Shown: piece after piece, positions 38,543 through 55,081 of the stretch
How positions within the stretch are numbered: position 1 is the stretch's first letter
How the letters are laid out: every line of letters starts with the position of its first letter
Source of the DNA: Spironucleus salmonicida
Taxonomy: Eukaryota
Direction of reading: 5' to 3'
NCBI RefSeq assembly: GCF_000497125.1
Contig: NC_090602.1
Coordinates: forward strand, 682,001-746,000
Length of the DNA stretch: 64,000 nucleotides
Translations under genes and position numbers: made by a program
Notes under the pieces: model-generated
Told to the model about the DNA's origin: nothing
Seen by the model: only the letters and a program-made list of their open reading frames with translations
Database searches by the model: none

Positions 38543-39820
38543 TCACTCAGCACCCAAGTCGACGCCGATGTGCACCCAGCTGCGGTCCACGTAGCAGACG
38601 ACCTGGCTCGAGAGCACCGCGCCCAGCACGTTGTCCACCGAGTAGTCGTAGGGGGCGAAGCTGGCGGCGACGTGGGCCTCCAGCAAGGCGACCTCGGCCG
38701 CGGTCAGCAGCGTCGGGGACGAGACCAGGTGCGCCAGGCTGATGCCGAATACTCCGGTCCCGCCGCGCGTGCTGGTCAGCACCACGGGCTCCAGGTACAG
38801 CAGCGCCTCTGACCGCCCGTCCGCCTCGACGTCCACGCGGAGCCGCGCCCCGGTGTTGCGGAACTCCAGCAGCGTCAGGTTCGCGATGGCCACGCGCTCG
38901 CTGACCGCGCGGTTGCTGGGCCTCTGCAGGTACAGCGCGAAGCCCGCGTTGAACACGCTCCGCTCGAGCAGGTACTGCACGTCGCTGTTCGAGTAGTAGG
39001 CCGGCGGCGGCGCGATCTCGGCATCGAACCAGCCCTCACACCGGCGGGTCACGGGCTCCAGCATCGCCCGCTGGCCCGTGTAGGCGACGTGCAGGAGTCC
39101 GCCGCGCACCTCGATCCCCGCGAAGGGCCGCTGGTCGCTGATGACGTCCGCCGAGGCCACGCTGCGGGACTCCTGCGGCATGCTCGCGAGCATCCCCAGC
39201 AGCCCCTCGCTGATGCTCGTGAGCAGCGTGTCCCCGAGCTCGCCGTTCAGCTGGGCCTCGATGACGGAGGTGAGGAGGCCGCTGAGGGCGTTCAGGATCA
39301 CCTGCAGCCCGCACCGGAACTTGACGCGGAAGGTCTTCACCTGCAGCTGCGCGCGGACGGGGGCGAGCTGGTACCGGGCCCTGCACGCCGGGTCGGGGAA
39401 GCGCACCTCCACGTAGGCGCCGGCCGCGAGGTCCTCGATCGCGATCTCCAGCGTCCCCGCGTCCTGCAGGTAGGGGAAGCTGCGCTGGGTGATGGCGAGC
39501 TGGAAGAGGAAGGCGAGCGAGGTGTTTGCGATCCGCAGGTAGGCCTCATCCGCGACGAGCCGGAAGGACACGCCTCCGACGGTGATCGCGCTGAACCGGC
39601 CGCCGCTGAGCTCCACGTCGAATCCCGCGATGCGGAAGGCGAGCGTCGGGATCTGCAGGCTGGCGATCAGGTCCCGCAGGGCAGCGTTGACGTTCGCTGT
39701 TGCGTAGCGGCTCAGGCCAGCGGGCGTGAGCATGACGTGCACGCCGGCGTCCGCCTCCGCGGGAGCCTCGTTGTCGTAGGTGGCGGGGTAGCAGGCCTGG
39801 CAGAGTACGGCGAACATCAT
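38543..39820 (-). CDS. BPI/LBP (TULIP) superfamily-like lipid-binding protein, 425 aa
   Basis: AGVHVMLTPAGLSRYA..LQIP resembles the BPI N-terminus; size fits; BPI-like genes are known in Giardia. Confidence 0.65.
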   Translation of the reverse strand: MMFAVLCQACYPATYDNEAPAEADAGVHVMLTPAGLSRYATANVNAALRDLIASLQIPTLAFRIAGFDVELSGGRFSAITVGGVSFRLVADEAYLRIANTSLAFLFQLAITQRSFPYLQDAGTLEIAIEDLAAGAYVEVRFPDPACRARYQLAPVRAQLQVKTFRVKFRCGLQVILNALSGLLTSVIEAQLNGELGDTLLTSISEGLLGMLASMPQESRSVASADVISDQRPFAGIEVRGGLLHVAYTGQRAMLEPVTRRCEGWFDAEIAPPPAYYSNSDVQYLLERSVFNAGFALYLQRPSNRAVSERVAIANLTLLEFRNTGARLRVDVEADGRSEALLYLEPVVLTSTRGGTGVFGISLAHLVSSPTLLTAAEVALLEAHVAASFAPYDYSVDNVLGAVLSSQVVCYVDRSWVHIGVDLGAE

Positions 39821-39935
39821 TCTGGCTGCTACTAAGTATACGATTCGGAGCCGGACGCGAACAAACCGGCCCTCGCAGGAGCGGTAAAAGAGAGATTTGC
39901 GGTGTCCGCTCCGCGCGCTGGAAGGAACTAAAGTG

Positions 39936-40109
39936 TCACTCGGAGCCCTCGGCCGCCTCGAAGGTCTTGAAGCCGCTCACGTAGTCCCGCGAGCTGACGC
40001 GGGGCGTGGTGGCCATCCGAGGCGAGCGCAGGCTCTCGACGACCGTCCCGGGCCGGGCCGAGAAGATGAGCTGCAGGGCGTACTGGTTTTTGGCTTTGAA
40101 ACCCTCCAT
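39936..40109 (-). CDS. Small hypothetical protein, 57 aa (MEGFKAKNQYALQLIFSARPG..)
   Basis: CCAGAATG start context as at 23474 and 50115; high GC3; GAG TGA stop. Confidence 0.55.
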   Translation of the reverse strand: MEGFKAKNQYALQLIFSARPGTVVESLRSPRMATTPRVSSRDYVSGFKTFEAAEGSE

Positions 40110-40602
40110 TCTGGGCGTCCGCGGATAGTGAGTTTGCCATAGTATTACGGTACTGTAGACGGAAGCAAACCACTCCGCTCGGTGGAGTTTGAATACTAAG
40201 CGGGGACGAAAAACCGGAATAGGGAAGGGGTTTTGGAGATAATATTACCGCATGGGAGGTATAAGGGGCGGAAGCCTCTCCTATAACGCAAATGGGAGTT
40301 TTGCGAGGCAGGCGACCTTGCGGCTGCACAGCGCATCCTGGCCAGGCTGCATAAATGCCCACGCACCTCGCTGCCGACTGCTGCTGAAAGTGGCGCTTGG
40401 AGCCGCTTCGGGAAGGCGCAGTTGCGCAGCTCAAAGGCCGCAGTGCGCGCATAACAGCTAACCTGCCTTCCAGAAGGGAATGCTTGCTTAAGCTAGCCAC
40501 GCCCCAGCCTTAGCGCGGGTGCGCCACTTGCTTTACTCCCACTCCTAACGATGAGCGCAGTTATTATACTATGGTACCCACATATAAAACAAATCCAATC
40601 GA

Positions 40603-41493
40603 ATGTCCGAGGCTGGAAAGTGCACCAACACGATCGACATGTGCCTAGCTGGCACGTTCTGCCCTGCATCTGGCACCGAGGAGGTAGCCTGCAAGTCCTG
40701 CGCCTCCGGGACCATCGCCCCAGGCCAGGGCTGCAACTGCACCGCCGACATCCCAACGCCAAACTGCGCGGCCTGCGGTGGCAATAAGTGCTCGCAATGC
40801 CTCCCCGGCACCTACCTCAGCGCCGCCGGCCTGTGCCCCGCGTGCGACGCGAGCTGCAAAACGTGCCAGACCGACGCGGCGCACTGCCTGACCTGCCAGG
40901 ATGGCCTTGTGCTCGAGAACGCGACCTGCCGCATGCGCTGCACGGCGCACAAGGACTGCGCGGACATCAACCTGGGCTTCTGCGACGCCGCCTCGGGGCG
41001 CTGTGCGCCGTGCTTCGCGGGATGCCTGCGCTGCACCTCCGCCGCGTTCTGCGTTGCCTGCAGCGGCAACGGCACCAACACCGTCCTGACTGTCGACGGC
41101 CAGTGCACACCGAAGTGCGCGAATCTGGCAGAGGGCCAGTACTGCCGGAACGGCGCCCCGGCGTCCTGCGACGTCCACTCCACCTCGGCCTGCAAGTGCG
41201 GGAGCGCGAAGAACTGCGCGGTCTGTTCGGGCCAGAACGGCGGCTGCGGCGCCTGTCTGCCGCACGTTCTGCTGGATGCCGCGGGGGCGTGCGGCGCCTG
41301 CGCGGAGGGCTACGAGGCCTTCGGGGATCTGTGCGTGTCGGCCGCTGGGGAGTCGCCGTCGCCGTCGGACCGTCTGGGCGGGGGCGCGATTGCAGGCATC
41401 GTAATCGGCGTGCTGGCGGTCACGGGGGCCGTGGGGGGCGGCCTGGCGTACTATTTCACAATGCGCTCCAAGAAGTATTTGCTGCTGAAGTGA
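40603..41493 (+). CDS. Cysteine-rich membrane protein (VSP/CRMP-like), 296 aa
   Basis: CXXC-rich; TM GGGAIAGIVIGVLAVTGAVGGGLAYYF. Confidence 0.9.
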   Translation: MSEAGKCTNTIDMCLAGTFCPASGTEEVACKSCASGTIAPGQGCNCTADIPTPNCAACGGNKCSQCLPGTYLSAAGLCPACDASCKTCQTDAAHCLTCQDGLVLENATCRMRCTAHKDCADINLGFCDAASGRCAPCFAGCLRCTSAAFCVACSGNGTNTVLTVDGQCTPKCANLAEGQYCRNGAPASCDVHSTSACKCGSAKNCAVCSGQNGGCGACLPHVLLDAAGACGACAEGYEAFGDLCVSAAGESPSPSDRLGGGAIAGIVIGVLAVTGAVGGGLAYYFTMRSKKYLLLK

Positions 41494-42173
41494 GGTTTGG
41501 GTATTTGGGATGGGCGGACGGGTTCGTGCTGGGCGGTTTTGCCGGCGAAGGTGCGACTTCCGATGCGGCCTAAGGTGGTAGATAGGAGCCGTCCATTCTG
41601 CGGCTCGCAGTATGTATTACCCCCAATCGGGCGAGTGCGAGAACACTGGGGCGCGACGAGAATGCTAGTTTTGTGCTGGCTAAGGCTTGGTCTGCGCCGC
41701 ACTGGGGCTGGGGATTGAGCGTGCACGGGGTAGCCTTTGCATGCGATTTGTGCGCAAAAGGTCAGCAAAGTTGGCGTGCATTCGCGAGTAAGTCTCCGCT
41801 TAGGGTTGTAGCGCGGATCTATACTCTTGACGGCGCGCGGCTTCCAAAGAATGCGACGCCGACTACCTCGGTCTGCGAATGCGCAGAGTACGGATTCGTT
41901 GGGCCATAGCCTGAATCTGCACCGCCTGGGCACCTACGCAGGAAAGGCAGGCCATGCCCCTGAGGTGTACTGCACACGAATCTTGCGGTCCATTGCTACC
42001 CGCTAAGAAGCCGTATTGCACGTTCAGCCGCCACGTCTCCTCGAAATCAGAATTGCTGCGTGCTTGCTGCTGCATTAGACGCGCCAGTTTTGTACTAAGA
42101 TGACAGCGCCCTCCTGTGTTGCTACAGGCCCTTTTCCAAATAAGGCCCAGTGCAAAACAGCTACACAGCAAAG

Positions 42174-46718
<4,545 letters not shown>

Positions 46719-47452
46719 TTTTTTAAGGAACGGGTAATAAGATCCACAAATTAATCAGCATAAATAATCCATATAAAACGTATTTTACAACTCAAAAATA
46801 TGTAAACATGTTATATAAATATTTTTATGTATGAATACTTATCTATATTCTAAGTAATCTGTAAAAAAAATAATATTCATTTGTTTCTGTATAATATTGA
46901 TAATATATCTTAATTTAACGTAAACTTTGTTAAAAATACTAAATATTAATCTATCATACAATTTTATTTGTACAACTCCGTAAATATTGTCATATATATT
47001 TTTATTTAGATTTTATTACGCAATTGAAAACGTATAGTCATTAATAATAAGATCTAATTATATAAATTAATTTATATAAATTTTTGATTATGTAATATAA
47101 ATATTATATAATGATATATATTTAGATAATGCTTAGATAATTATTCTAGTCATTAAGGACTTTACTTATATATATTTTATTACGTATTAAATTATTAATT
47201 AGGTATGTTAGATAAATTATTATGATTTTAAATAGTTTTCTCGTATTTAAGTAATTGTACAAATTTTTTGATATCATTTACTTAAAGAAATATAAAGTTG
47301 TAAATGTATTTTACTAATAGATATCCTATAACTTTTAACATTGTCGAATGAATAATATTTAGTTACCGAAACAGTATTATTACTATTCAAACAATAATTA
47401 GCTGTTAAATAAAGATTTTTTAAATAAATATTACTTATTAATAATTTATATT

Positions 47453-47761
47453 AAAAATTGCTGCTTAGTGATATTAGACGAAGCAACGGCTCAGGTCGAC
47501 CGAGAAAACGATGCGCTGATACAGAGAACACTGCGCGACACTCTGCACGGCACGGCTATCCTGTCAATTGCCCACCGGCTAGATACCATCATAGATTTCG
47601 ATAAGGTTATCGTAGTCGACAAGGGCGAAATCGTGGAGATGGGAGGCGTATACGACCTAATTTAGCAGCGAGGCCAGTTTTATGACATGGTCATGAAGAC
47701 TGGCGATGAAATGAGCCAACGGCTAATCCAGATGGCCAAAGACTGCGTGCCCACTGAGTGA
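47453..47761 (+). pseudogene. Duplicated C-terminal fragment (about 100 codons) of the ABC transporter
   Basis: Mirror of 42174-42482, preceded by unrelated AT-rich DNA. Confidence 0.75.
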
Positions 47762-48441
47762 CTTTGCTGTGTAGCTGTTTTGCACTGGGCCTTATTTGGA
47801 AAAGGGCCTGTAGCAACACAGGAGGGCGCTGTCATCTTAGTACAAAACTGGCGCGTCTAATGCAGCAGCAAGCACGCAGCAATTCTGATTTCGAGGAGAC
47901 GTGGCGGCTGAACGTGCAATACGGCTTCTTAGCGGGTAGCAATGGACCGCAAGATTCGTGTGCAGTACACCTCAGGGGCATGGCCTGCCTTTCCTGCGTA
48001 GGTGCCCAGGCGGTGCAGATTCAGGCTATGGCCCAACGAATCCGTACTCTGCGCATTCGCAGACCGAGGTAGTCGGCGTCGCATTCTTTGGAAGCCGCGC
48101 GCCGTCAAGAGTATAGATCCGCGCTACAACCCTAAGCGGAGACTTACTCGCGAATGCACGCCAACTTTGCTGACCTTTTGCGCACAAATCGCATGCAAAG
48201 GCTACCCCGTGCACGCTCAATCCCCAGCCCCAGTGCGGCGCAGACCAAGCCTTAGCCAGCACAAAACTAGCATTCTCGTCGCGCCCCAGTGTTCTCGCAC
48301 TCGCCCGATTGGGGGTAATACATACTGCGAGCCGCAGAATGGACGGCTCCTATCTACCACCTTAGGCCGCATCGGAAGTCGCACCTTCGCCGGCAAAACC
48401 GCCCAGCACGAACCCGTCCGCCCATCCCAAATACCCAAACC

Positions 48442-49332
48442 TCACTTCAGCAGCAAATACTTCTTGGAGCGCATTGTGAAATAGTACGCCAGGCCGCCCC
48501 CCACGGCCCCCGTGACCGCCAGCACGCCGATTACGATGCCTGCAATCGCGCCCCCGCCCAGACGGTCCGACGGCGACGGCGACTCCCCAGCGGCCGACAC
48601 GCACAGATCCCCGAAGGCCTCGTAGCCCTCCGCGCAGGCGCCGCACGCCCCCGCGGCATCCAGCAGAACGTGCGGCAGACAGGCGCCGCAGCCGCCGTTC
48701 TGGCCCGAACAGACCGCGCAGTTCTTCGCGCTCCCGCACTTGCAGGCCGAGGTGGAGTGGACGTCGCAGGACGCCGGGGCGCCGTTCCGGCAGTACTGGC
48801 CCTCTGCCAGATTCGCGCACTTCGGTGTGCACTGGCCGTCGACAGTCAGGACGGTGTTGGTGCCGTTGCCGCTGCAGGCAACGCAGAACGCGGCGGAGGT
48901 GCAGCGCAGGCATCCCGCGAAGCACGGCGCACAGCGCCCCGAGGCGGCGTCGCAGAAGCCCAGGTTGATGTCCGCGCAGTCCTTGTGCGCCGTGCAGCGC
49001 ATGCGGCAGGTCGCGTTCTCGAGCACAAGGCCATCCTGGCAGGTCAGGCAGTGCGCCGCGTCGGTCTGGCACGTTTTGCAGCTCGCGTCGCACGCGGGGC
49101 ACAGGCCGGCGGCGCTGAGGTAGGTGCCGGGGAGGCATTGCGAGCACTTATTGCCACCGCAGGCCGCGCAGTTTGGCGTTGGGATGTCGGCGGTGCAGTT
49201 GCAGCCCTGGCCTGGGGCGATGGTCCCGGAGGCGCAGGACTTGCAGGCTACCTCCTCGGTGCCAGATGCAGGGCAGAACGTGCCAGCTAGGCACATGTCG
49301 ATCGTGTTGGTGCACTTTCCAGCCTCGGACAT
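48442..49332 (-). CDS. Cysteine-rich membrane protein, IR4 right copy
   Basis: Mirror of 40603-41493. Confidence 0.9.
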   Translation of the reverse strand: MSEAGKCTNTIDMCLAGTFCPASGTEEVACKSCASGTIAPGQGCNCTADIPTPNCAACGGNKCSQCLPGTYLSAAGLCPACDASCKTCQTDAAHCLTCQDGLVLENATCRMRCTAHKDCADINLGFCDAASGRCAPCFAGCLRCTSAAFCVACSGNGTNTVLTVDGQCTPKCANLAEGQYCRNGAPASCDVHSTSACKCGSAKNCAVCSGQNGGCGACLPHVLLDAAGACGACAEGYEAFGDLCVSAAGESPSPSDRLGGGAIAGIVIGVLAVTGAVGGGLAYYFTMRSKKYLLLK

Positions 49333-49825
49333 TCGATTGGATTTGTTTTATATGTGGGTACCATAGTATAATAACTGCGCTCATCGTTAGGAGTGGGAGT
49401 AAAGCAAGTGGCGCACCCGCGCTAAGGCTGGGGCGTGGCTAGCTTAAGCAAGCATTCCCTTCTGGAAGGCAGGTTAGCTGTTATGCGCGCACTGCGGCCT
49501 TTGAGCTGCGCAACTGCGCCTTCCCGAAGCGGCTCCAAGCGCCACTTTCAGCAGCAGTCGGCAGCGAGGTGCGTGGGCATTTATGCAGCCTGGCCAGGAT
49601 GCGCTGTGCAGCCGCAAGGTCGCCTGCCTCGCAAAACTCCCATTTGCGTTATAGGAGAGGCTTCCGCCCCTTATACCTCCCATGCGGTAATATTATCTCC
49701 AAAACCCCTTCCCTATTCCGGTTTTTCGTCCCCGCTTAGTATTCAAACTCCACCGAGCGGAGTGGTTTGCTTCCGTCTACAGTACCGTAATACTATGGCA
49801 AACTCACTATCCGCGGACGCCCAGA

Positions 49826-49999
49826 ATGGAGGGTTTCAAAGCCAAAAACCAGTACGCCCTGCAGCTCATCTTCTCGGCCCGGCCCGGGACGGTCGTCGAG
49901 AGCCTGCGCTCGCCTCGGATGGCCACCACGCCCCGCGTCAGCTCGCGGGACTACGTGAGCGGCTTCAAGACCTTCGAGGCGGCCGAGGGCTCCGAGTGA
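49826..49999 (+). CDS. Small hypothetical protein, 57 aa, IR4 right copy
   Basis: Mirror of 39936-40109. Confidence 0.55.
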   Translation: MEGFKAKNQYALQLIFSARPGTVVESLRSPRMATTPRVSSRDYVSGFKTFEAAEGSE

Positions 50000-50114
50000 C
50001 ACTTTAGTTCCTTCCAGCGCGCGGAGCGGACACCGCAAATCTCTCTTTTACCGCTCCTGCGAGGGCCGGTTTGTTCGCGTCCGGCTCCGAATCGTATACT
50101 TAGTAGCAGCCAGA

Positions 50115-51392
50115 ATGATGTTCGCCGTACTCTGCCAGGCCTGCTACCCCGCCACCTACGACAACGAGGCTCCCGCGGAGGCGGACGCCGGCGTGCACGT
50201 CATGCTCACGCCCGCTGGCCTGAGCCGCTACGCAACAGCGAACGTCAACGCTGCCCTGCGGGACCTGATCGCCAGCCTGCAGATCCCGACGCTCGCCTTC
50301 CGCATCGCGGGATTCGACGTGGAGCTCAGCGGCGGCCGGTTCAGCGCGATCACCGTCGGAGGCGTGTCCTTCCGGCTCGTCGCGGATGAGGCCTACCTGC
50401 GGATCGCAAACACCTCGCTCGCCTTCCTCTTCCAGCTCGCCATCACCCAGCGCAGCTTCCCCTACCTGCAGGACGCGGAGACGCTGGAGATCGCGATCGA
50501 GGACCTCGCGGCCGGCGCCTACGTGGAGGTGCGCTTCCCCGACCCGGCGTGCAGGGCCCGGTACCAGCTCGCCCCCGTCCGCGCGCAGCTGCAGGTGAAG
50601 ACCTTCCGCGTCAAGTTCCGGTGCGGGCTGCAGGTGATCCTGAACGCCCTCAGCGGCCTCCTCACCTCCGTCATCGAGGCCCAGCTGAACGGCGAGCTCG
50701 GGGACACGCTGCTCACGAGCATCAGCGAGGGGCTGCTGGGGATGCTCGCGAGCATGCCGCAGGAGTCCCGCAGCGTGGCCTCGGCGGACGTCATCAGCGA
50801 CCAGCGGCCCTTCGCGGGGATCGAGGTGCGCGGCGGACTCCTGCACGTCGCCTACACGGGCCAGCGGGCGATGCTGGAGCCCGTGACCCGCCGGTGTGAG
50901 GGCTGGTTCGATGCCGAGCTCGCGCCGCCGCCGGCCTACTACTCGAACAGCGACGTGCAGTACCTGCTCGAGCGGAGCGTGTTCAACGCGGGCTTCGCGC
51001 TGTACCTGCAGAGGCCCAGCAACCGCGCGGTCAGCGAGCGCGTGGCCATCGCGAACCTGACGCTGCTGGAGTTCCGCAACACCGGGGCGCGGCTCCGCGT
51101 GGACGTCGAGGCGGACGGGCGGTCAGAGGCGCTGCTGTACCTGGAGCCCGTGGTGCTGACCAGCACGCGCGGCGGGACCGGGGTATTCGGCATCAGCCTG
51201 GCGCACCTGGTCTCGTCCCCGACGCTGCTGACCGCGGCCGAGGTCGCCTTGCTGGAGGCCCACGTCGCCGCCAGCTTCGCCCCCTACGACTACTCGGTGG
51301 ACAACGTGCTGGGCGCGGTGCTCTCGAGCCAGGTCGTCTGCTACGTGGACCGCAGCTGGGTGCACATCGGCGTCGACTTGGGTGCTGAGTGA
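50115..51392 (+). CDS. BPI/LBP-like protein, IR4 right copy
   Basis: Mirror of 38543-39820 with G/E and I/L substitutions. Confidence 0.65.
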   Translation: MMFAVLCQACYPATYDNEAPAEADAGVHVMLTPAGLSRYATANVNAALRDLIASLQIPTLAFRIAGFDVELSGGRFSAITVGGVSFRLVADEAYLRIANTSLAFLFQLAITQRSFPYLQDAETLEIAIEDLAAGAYVEVRFPDPACRARYQLAPVRAQLQVKTFRVKFRCGLQVILNALSGLLTSVIEAQLNGELGDTLLTSISEGLLGMLASMPQESRSVASADVISDQRPFAGIEVRGGLLHVAYTGQRAMLEPVTRRCEGWFDAELAPPPAYYSNSDVQYLLERSVFNAGFALYLQRPSNRAVSERVAIANLTLLEFRNTGARLRVDVEADGRSEALLYLEPVVLTSTRGGTGVFGISLAHLVSSPTLLTAAEVALLEAHVAASFAPYDYSVDNVLGAVLSSQVVCYVDRSWVHIGVDLGAE

Positions 51393-51486
51393 GAGTTTGC
51401 TGCCGCACTTCGCCTTTCTGCCAGCGCCCAGCTCTGCAGGCCTGCCGCCACGGTTGAATCAACTGCTCACTCGCGCCTATCCGCCC

Positions 51487-51885
51487 TCACCTGCGGTCCT
51501 TGAAGCGGCGGTCCACCTTCCTGAGTAGCCTCTTGGGGGCGTTGGCGGCGAGGAAGGCCTCGAGCGCTGCGAGCCGCTCCTGGGTCTGGAGGATGAGGGC
51601 GTCGTGCGCGCCACGGTCCTGGAGCAGCTTCCGCGCGAGGAGGTGGTGCTGGGTAAGGTCGAACATGAGCTGCCTGCGCGCGACGCCGTGGTCCCGCGCC
51701 TCGACCACCTCCATGCCCTCCGGCACGACCTCCTGCTCCACAGTGGCGTTCATGGCCCTCCGCGCGCTGGCCGCATCGTCGGTGCACACACGCAGGTGGG
51801 GACCTCGGGTGAGCGCGTGCACCTGGTGGTTGCGGGCGTGCTGGCCGTGGTGCTCCCAGGCGGGCTGGTTGTGCGCGAATGACAT
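51487..51885 (-). CDS. Hypothetical protein, 132 aa, IR4 right copy
   Basis: Mirror of 38050-38448. Confidence 0.65.
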   Translation of the reverse strand: MSFAHNQPAWEHHGQHARNHQVHALTRGPHLRVCTDDAASARRAMNATVEQEVVPEGMEVVEARDHGVARRQLMFDLTQHHLLARKLLQDRGAHDALILQTQERLAALEAFLAANAPKRLLRKVDRRFKDRR

Positions 51886-51916
51886 TCGGAGCGGCAGTGG
51901 AAAGTGATCGAATACC

Positions 51917-53167
51917 TCAGATATAGGCGATGTCCCTCTCGACCTTCGCCACGGCCCTGCTCTTCACCGCGCGCACCACCATCACCGCTGCCGCAGCGAG
52001 CACGCAGACGCCTAGGGCCACCCCCACGGCGATGCCCGCGATGGAGCCCGCACCCAGCCTGTTCACCACGGCCGCCGCCGGGCACGCGCCCTGCTCGCAG
52101 ACGACGCCCTCACCGCAGTGGGTCTTCCCCCCGCACAGGCAGGCGGCCCCGTGGATGTCCGCCTGGTGGCCGTCCGCGCACGCCGAGCAGCGGTCGGGCT
52201 GGAGCTTGGTGCAGCCCGTGCACCCGGCGATGGCGAGGCAGGCGTCGTCCCTGATGCAGGTCTTGCGGTCCAGGGACACCGTGAAGCCCGCCTCGCAGGC
52301 GTAGCAGAGCCTGTTGTCGAGGTAGGTGCAGCTGCTGCAGTCTGGGATCAGCTCGGGCGCGCTGAGGCAGGCGTTTTTGCGCACACACACCCTCGCGTAG
52401 AGGGCGCAGGAGTGCCCCGTGTCGCAGCCCGTACCGGACCCGGGGTGGCACTCGCACACGGTCCCGGTAGTGTTCGGGGCGAGGTTGTACTCGCACCTGC
52501 CGCACAGCGCGGAGTCGACCAGATGGCAGCCCGAGCACCCGGCGATGGCGCGGCATGTCTCGTTGGAGGCGCAGAGCCCGGTCTTCAAGTCGAGCGCGAA
52601 CCCCTGCCGGCACGTGACGCAGACTGCGCGGTCGTGGATGGAGCAGAAGGTGCAGTTGACGTCGCTCTTGCAGGTGTCGCTGGGGATGCAGCCACCCTTC
52701 GTGGGGGAGCACCCGAACCTGCTGGGGCACTTCTAGCCGGAGCCCACCTCGCACTCGCAGACGGAGCCGTTCGCGGACGGGTGCAGGCCAGATAGGCACT
52801 TTGCACACTTGGATGGAGCCTCAGGGTTGCAGGCGTTGCAGTATTTGATCCCCTTGCACGGGGCCAAGCTGGCACACGCGGTGCCGTCGTCGGAGAGGAA
52901 CATGCCCGTGGCGCATTTGTAGCACTTGCGGTGGTCCTTGAAGGTGCAGTGTGTGCAGTTATCGATTTTGTAGCACTCGTGCTTATCTACACAGATCCCT
53001 GCTTCCTGGGCGCACGACTGACCATTGGGGCAGCCGATACCAGAGCCCTTGGCACACTCGCACTTTTTGGTGCTGGAGTTGTAGTTGAGGTACGCAGAAC
53101 AGGTCGCGCATTCTGTCGGGTCTGCGATGGAGCACTCGTAGCAGTCAAGCACTTCGGCGCAAGACAT
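51917..53167 (-). CDS. Cysteine-rich membrane protein, IR4 right copy; possible upstream start at 53185
   Basis: Mirror of 36768-38018 with N/D, N/Y and V/A changes near the N-terminus. Confidence 0.9.
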
Positions 53168-53455
53168 TTGGGGAGTGGGCACCATGATTATTATCTATTT
53201 GGTGAAGATACACACTCTAACGCGGAAATTAAAAAACTTTCCCGGCTTTTTCGACTAGCTATTATTTAGTGAAAATACAGTGAATTATGAAGTCAGATAA
53301 TGCAGCAAAAATATATTTAAATTTTATTTATACTTATTAAATTGTGGTTTATCAAATACTTTTAATAGATTATTTTACTGATACTAAAAGTATTAATAAA
53401 TAAAAATGATCATACAATACGCATACACTAAATAAATAAAAATAGGTATCAATCG

Positions 53456-55081
53456 TCACTCGACGTCCTGCTCCTATTCAGCACCACCGCTCATAGCTCT
53501 TCCTGCTCTCAAAATCTCATCAACGAGCAGCATCTAGCAACTTATTGTCGTAGCAGAGTGTATGAGCTGATATTTAACTCTATATTAATCGATAATACCA
53601 GCTTCAAAAATATCAATGACATCGCCTGTCTTTATATCCAGACCAACAAGTTATCCTGCCTTTTGGGCATCTACCACCTTGAGAACAGCATCCTGAGGAT
53701 CGAAACCAGCATTTTTAGCTAATGTTTTGGGGATTTAAAGAATAGCATCTGCATATGCAAGAACACCCAATCTAGGTTTCCCTGTAACAGTATTAGCAAA
53801 CTCGTTAAGTCTGTTGTATAAACTAACTTCGAAAGCTCCAGCACCACCAACGTACTCCATATCAACCATATGGTTCTTAACAGCACGAAGACCATCACGA
53901 ACAGCATCTTTGAGTTGAAGCACAGTATGCTTATTGGGACCACGAAGAAGAATAGTACAAGATTTTTAAATCTTTACCTCTTCAACAAAGGTGAATTTTT
54001 CTTCACCAAGCTACTTTTCGTACACCTTACCAGCAAAACCTAAATCTGCCTCGCTAAGATTGTCAAGCGTATTTAAGCAGTTTCCACCGCATGCAAGAGT
54101 GAGACGTTCAAGATTTCTTCTTTTGACTCTTCTGAGAGCCATGATATTGTGCTCAGCGAACATTTAAAGTGAAATTTGGTCAACACCCTTCATGTTTAAA
54201 ACGACGAAGCTCTGACCTTCTTTTCTGACTTATTTGCACAACTCGATAATCTGCCTAACGCGGATGTCGATGTATTCTCTTTCCTCATCAGCCTGGGCCA
54301 CTCTTTCGGCCGAATTCTTGTAATAATACTAAGAATTGACCTCGGTTTTCTCGTATTCAAGCGTGACATTCAGAGTCAAAACGTGGCAATTCTTGAACTC
54401 TGAGCACTTGAGCTCGTCGTACCGCCAGCCGTGATCGCAAACGATACCGTTGATGAAGCAGGAGTCCATGTCGCTCTGATGCTGCATTGTCATGATTTCG
54501 ATCATGTGCAAATCGATCAGTTTCTTGTCTTCTGCGCACTTGTTGGCCGTGAGCACCGCGTTGACGCAGATTTCAGCGAGCTGGGAAGCGAGCTTTGGCT
54601 TGATTTTCGTGCAGAGAACGGTGTTAGCTGCCTGCAAAAGCTGGCCAAATGAGCCATCGGAGGCGCGCTTGACAGCGTTCAGGTGGGCTAGTGCGCACTC
54701 TTTGGCTTTTTCATAGCCCTCCGTGATCACACGTGGATGTACTCCCTCCTGGAGCCACCTGCGTGCCTGCCTCAAAAGCTCTCCGATGAGGAGGACGCAG
54801 GAAGTTGTGCCGTCACCGCAGACGTCATCCATGGCGGTAGCAGTCCTCGAGATGAGGGCTGCCGATGGGTGCGCAATTGGGAGCTCTTCGAGCAGAACAG
54901 CGCCGTCTTTGGAGATTCTGAGGTCGCCAGCGCCACCCACTAGCAACTTTAATAGTCCGTTGGGGCCGAAATTGGGAGAGAGGATCTGCGCAATTGCTTC
55001 TGCAGCACCAATGTTGATTTCGAGAGCCTGACCACGGCGGGCGTGCTCAGCCTTGGGGTTCAAAGTGTGGATTGCTGACAT
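53456..55081 (-). CDS. CCT6: T-complex protein 1 subunit zeta, 541 aa
   Basis: [62 protein letters not shown]. Confidence 0.95.

Noticed and set aside
47400-47470. Orphan ABC fragment as a trans-splicing acceptor
   Set aside because: No branch point plus AG upstream, and the parent gene is already complete
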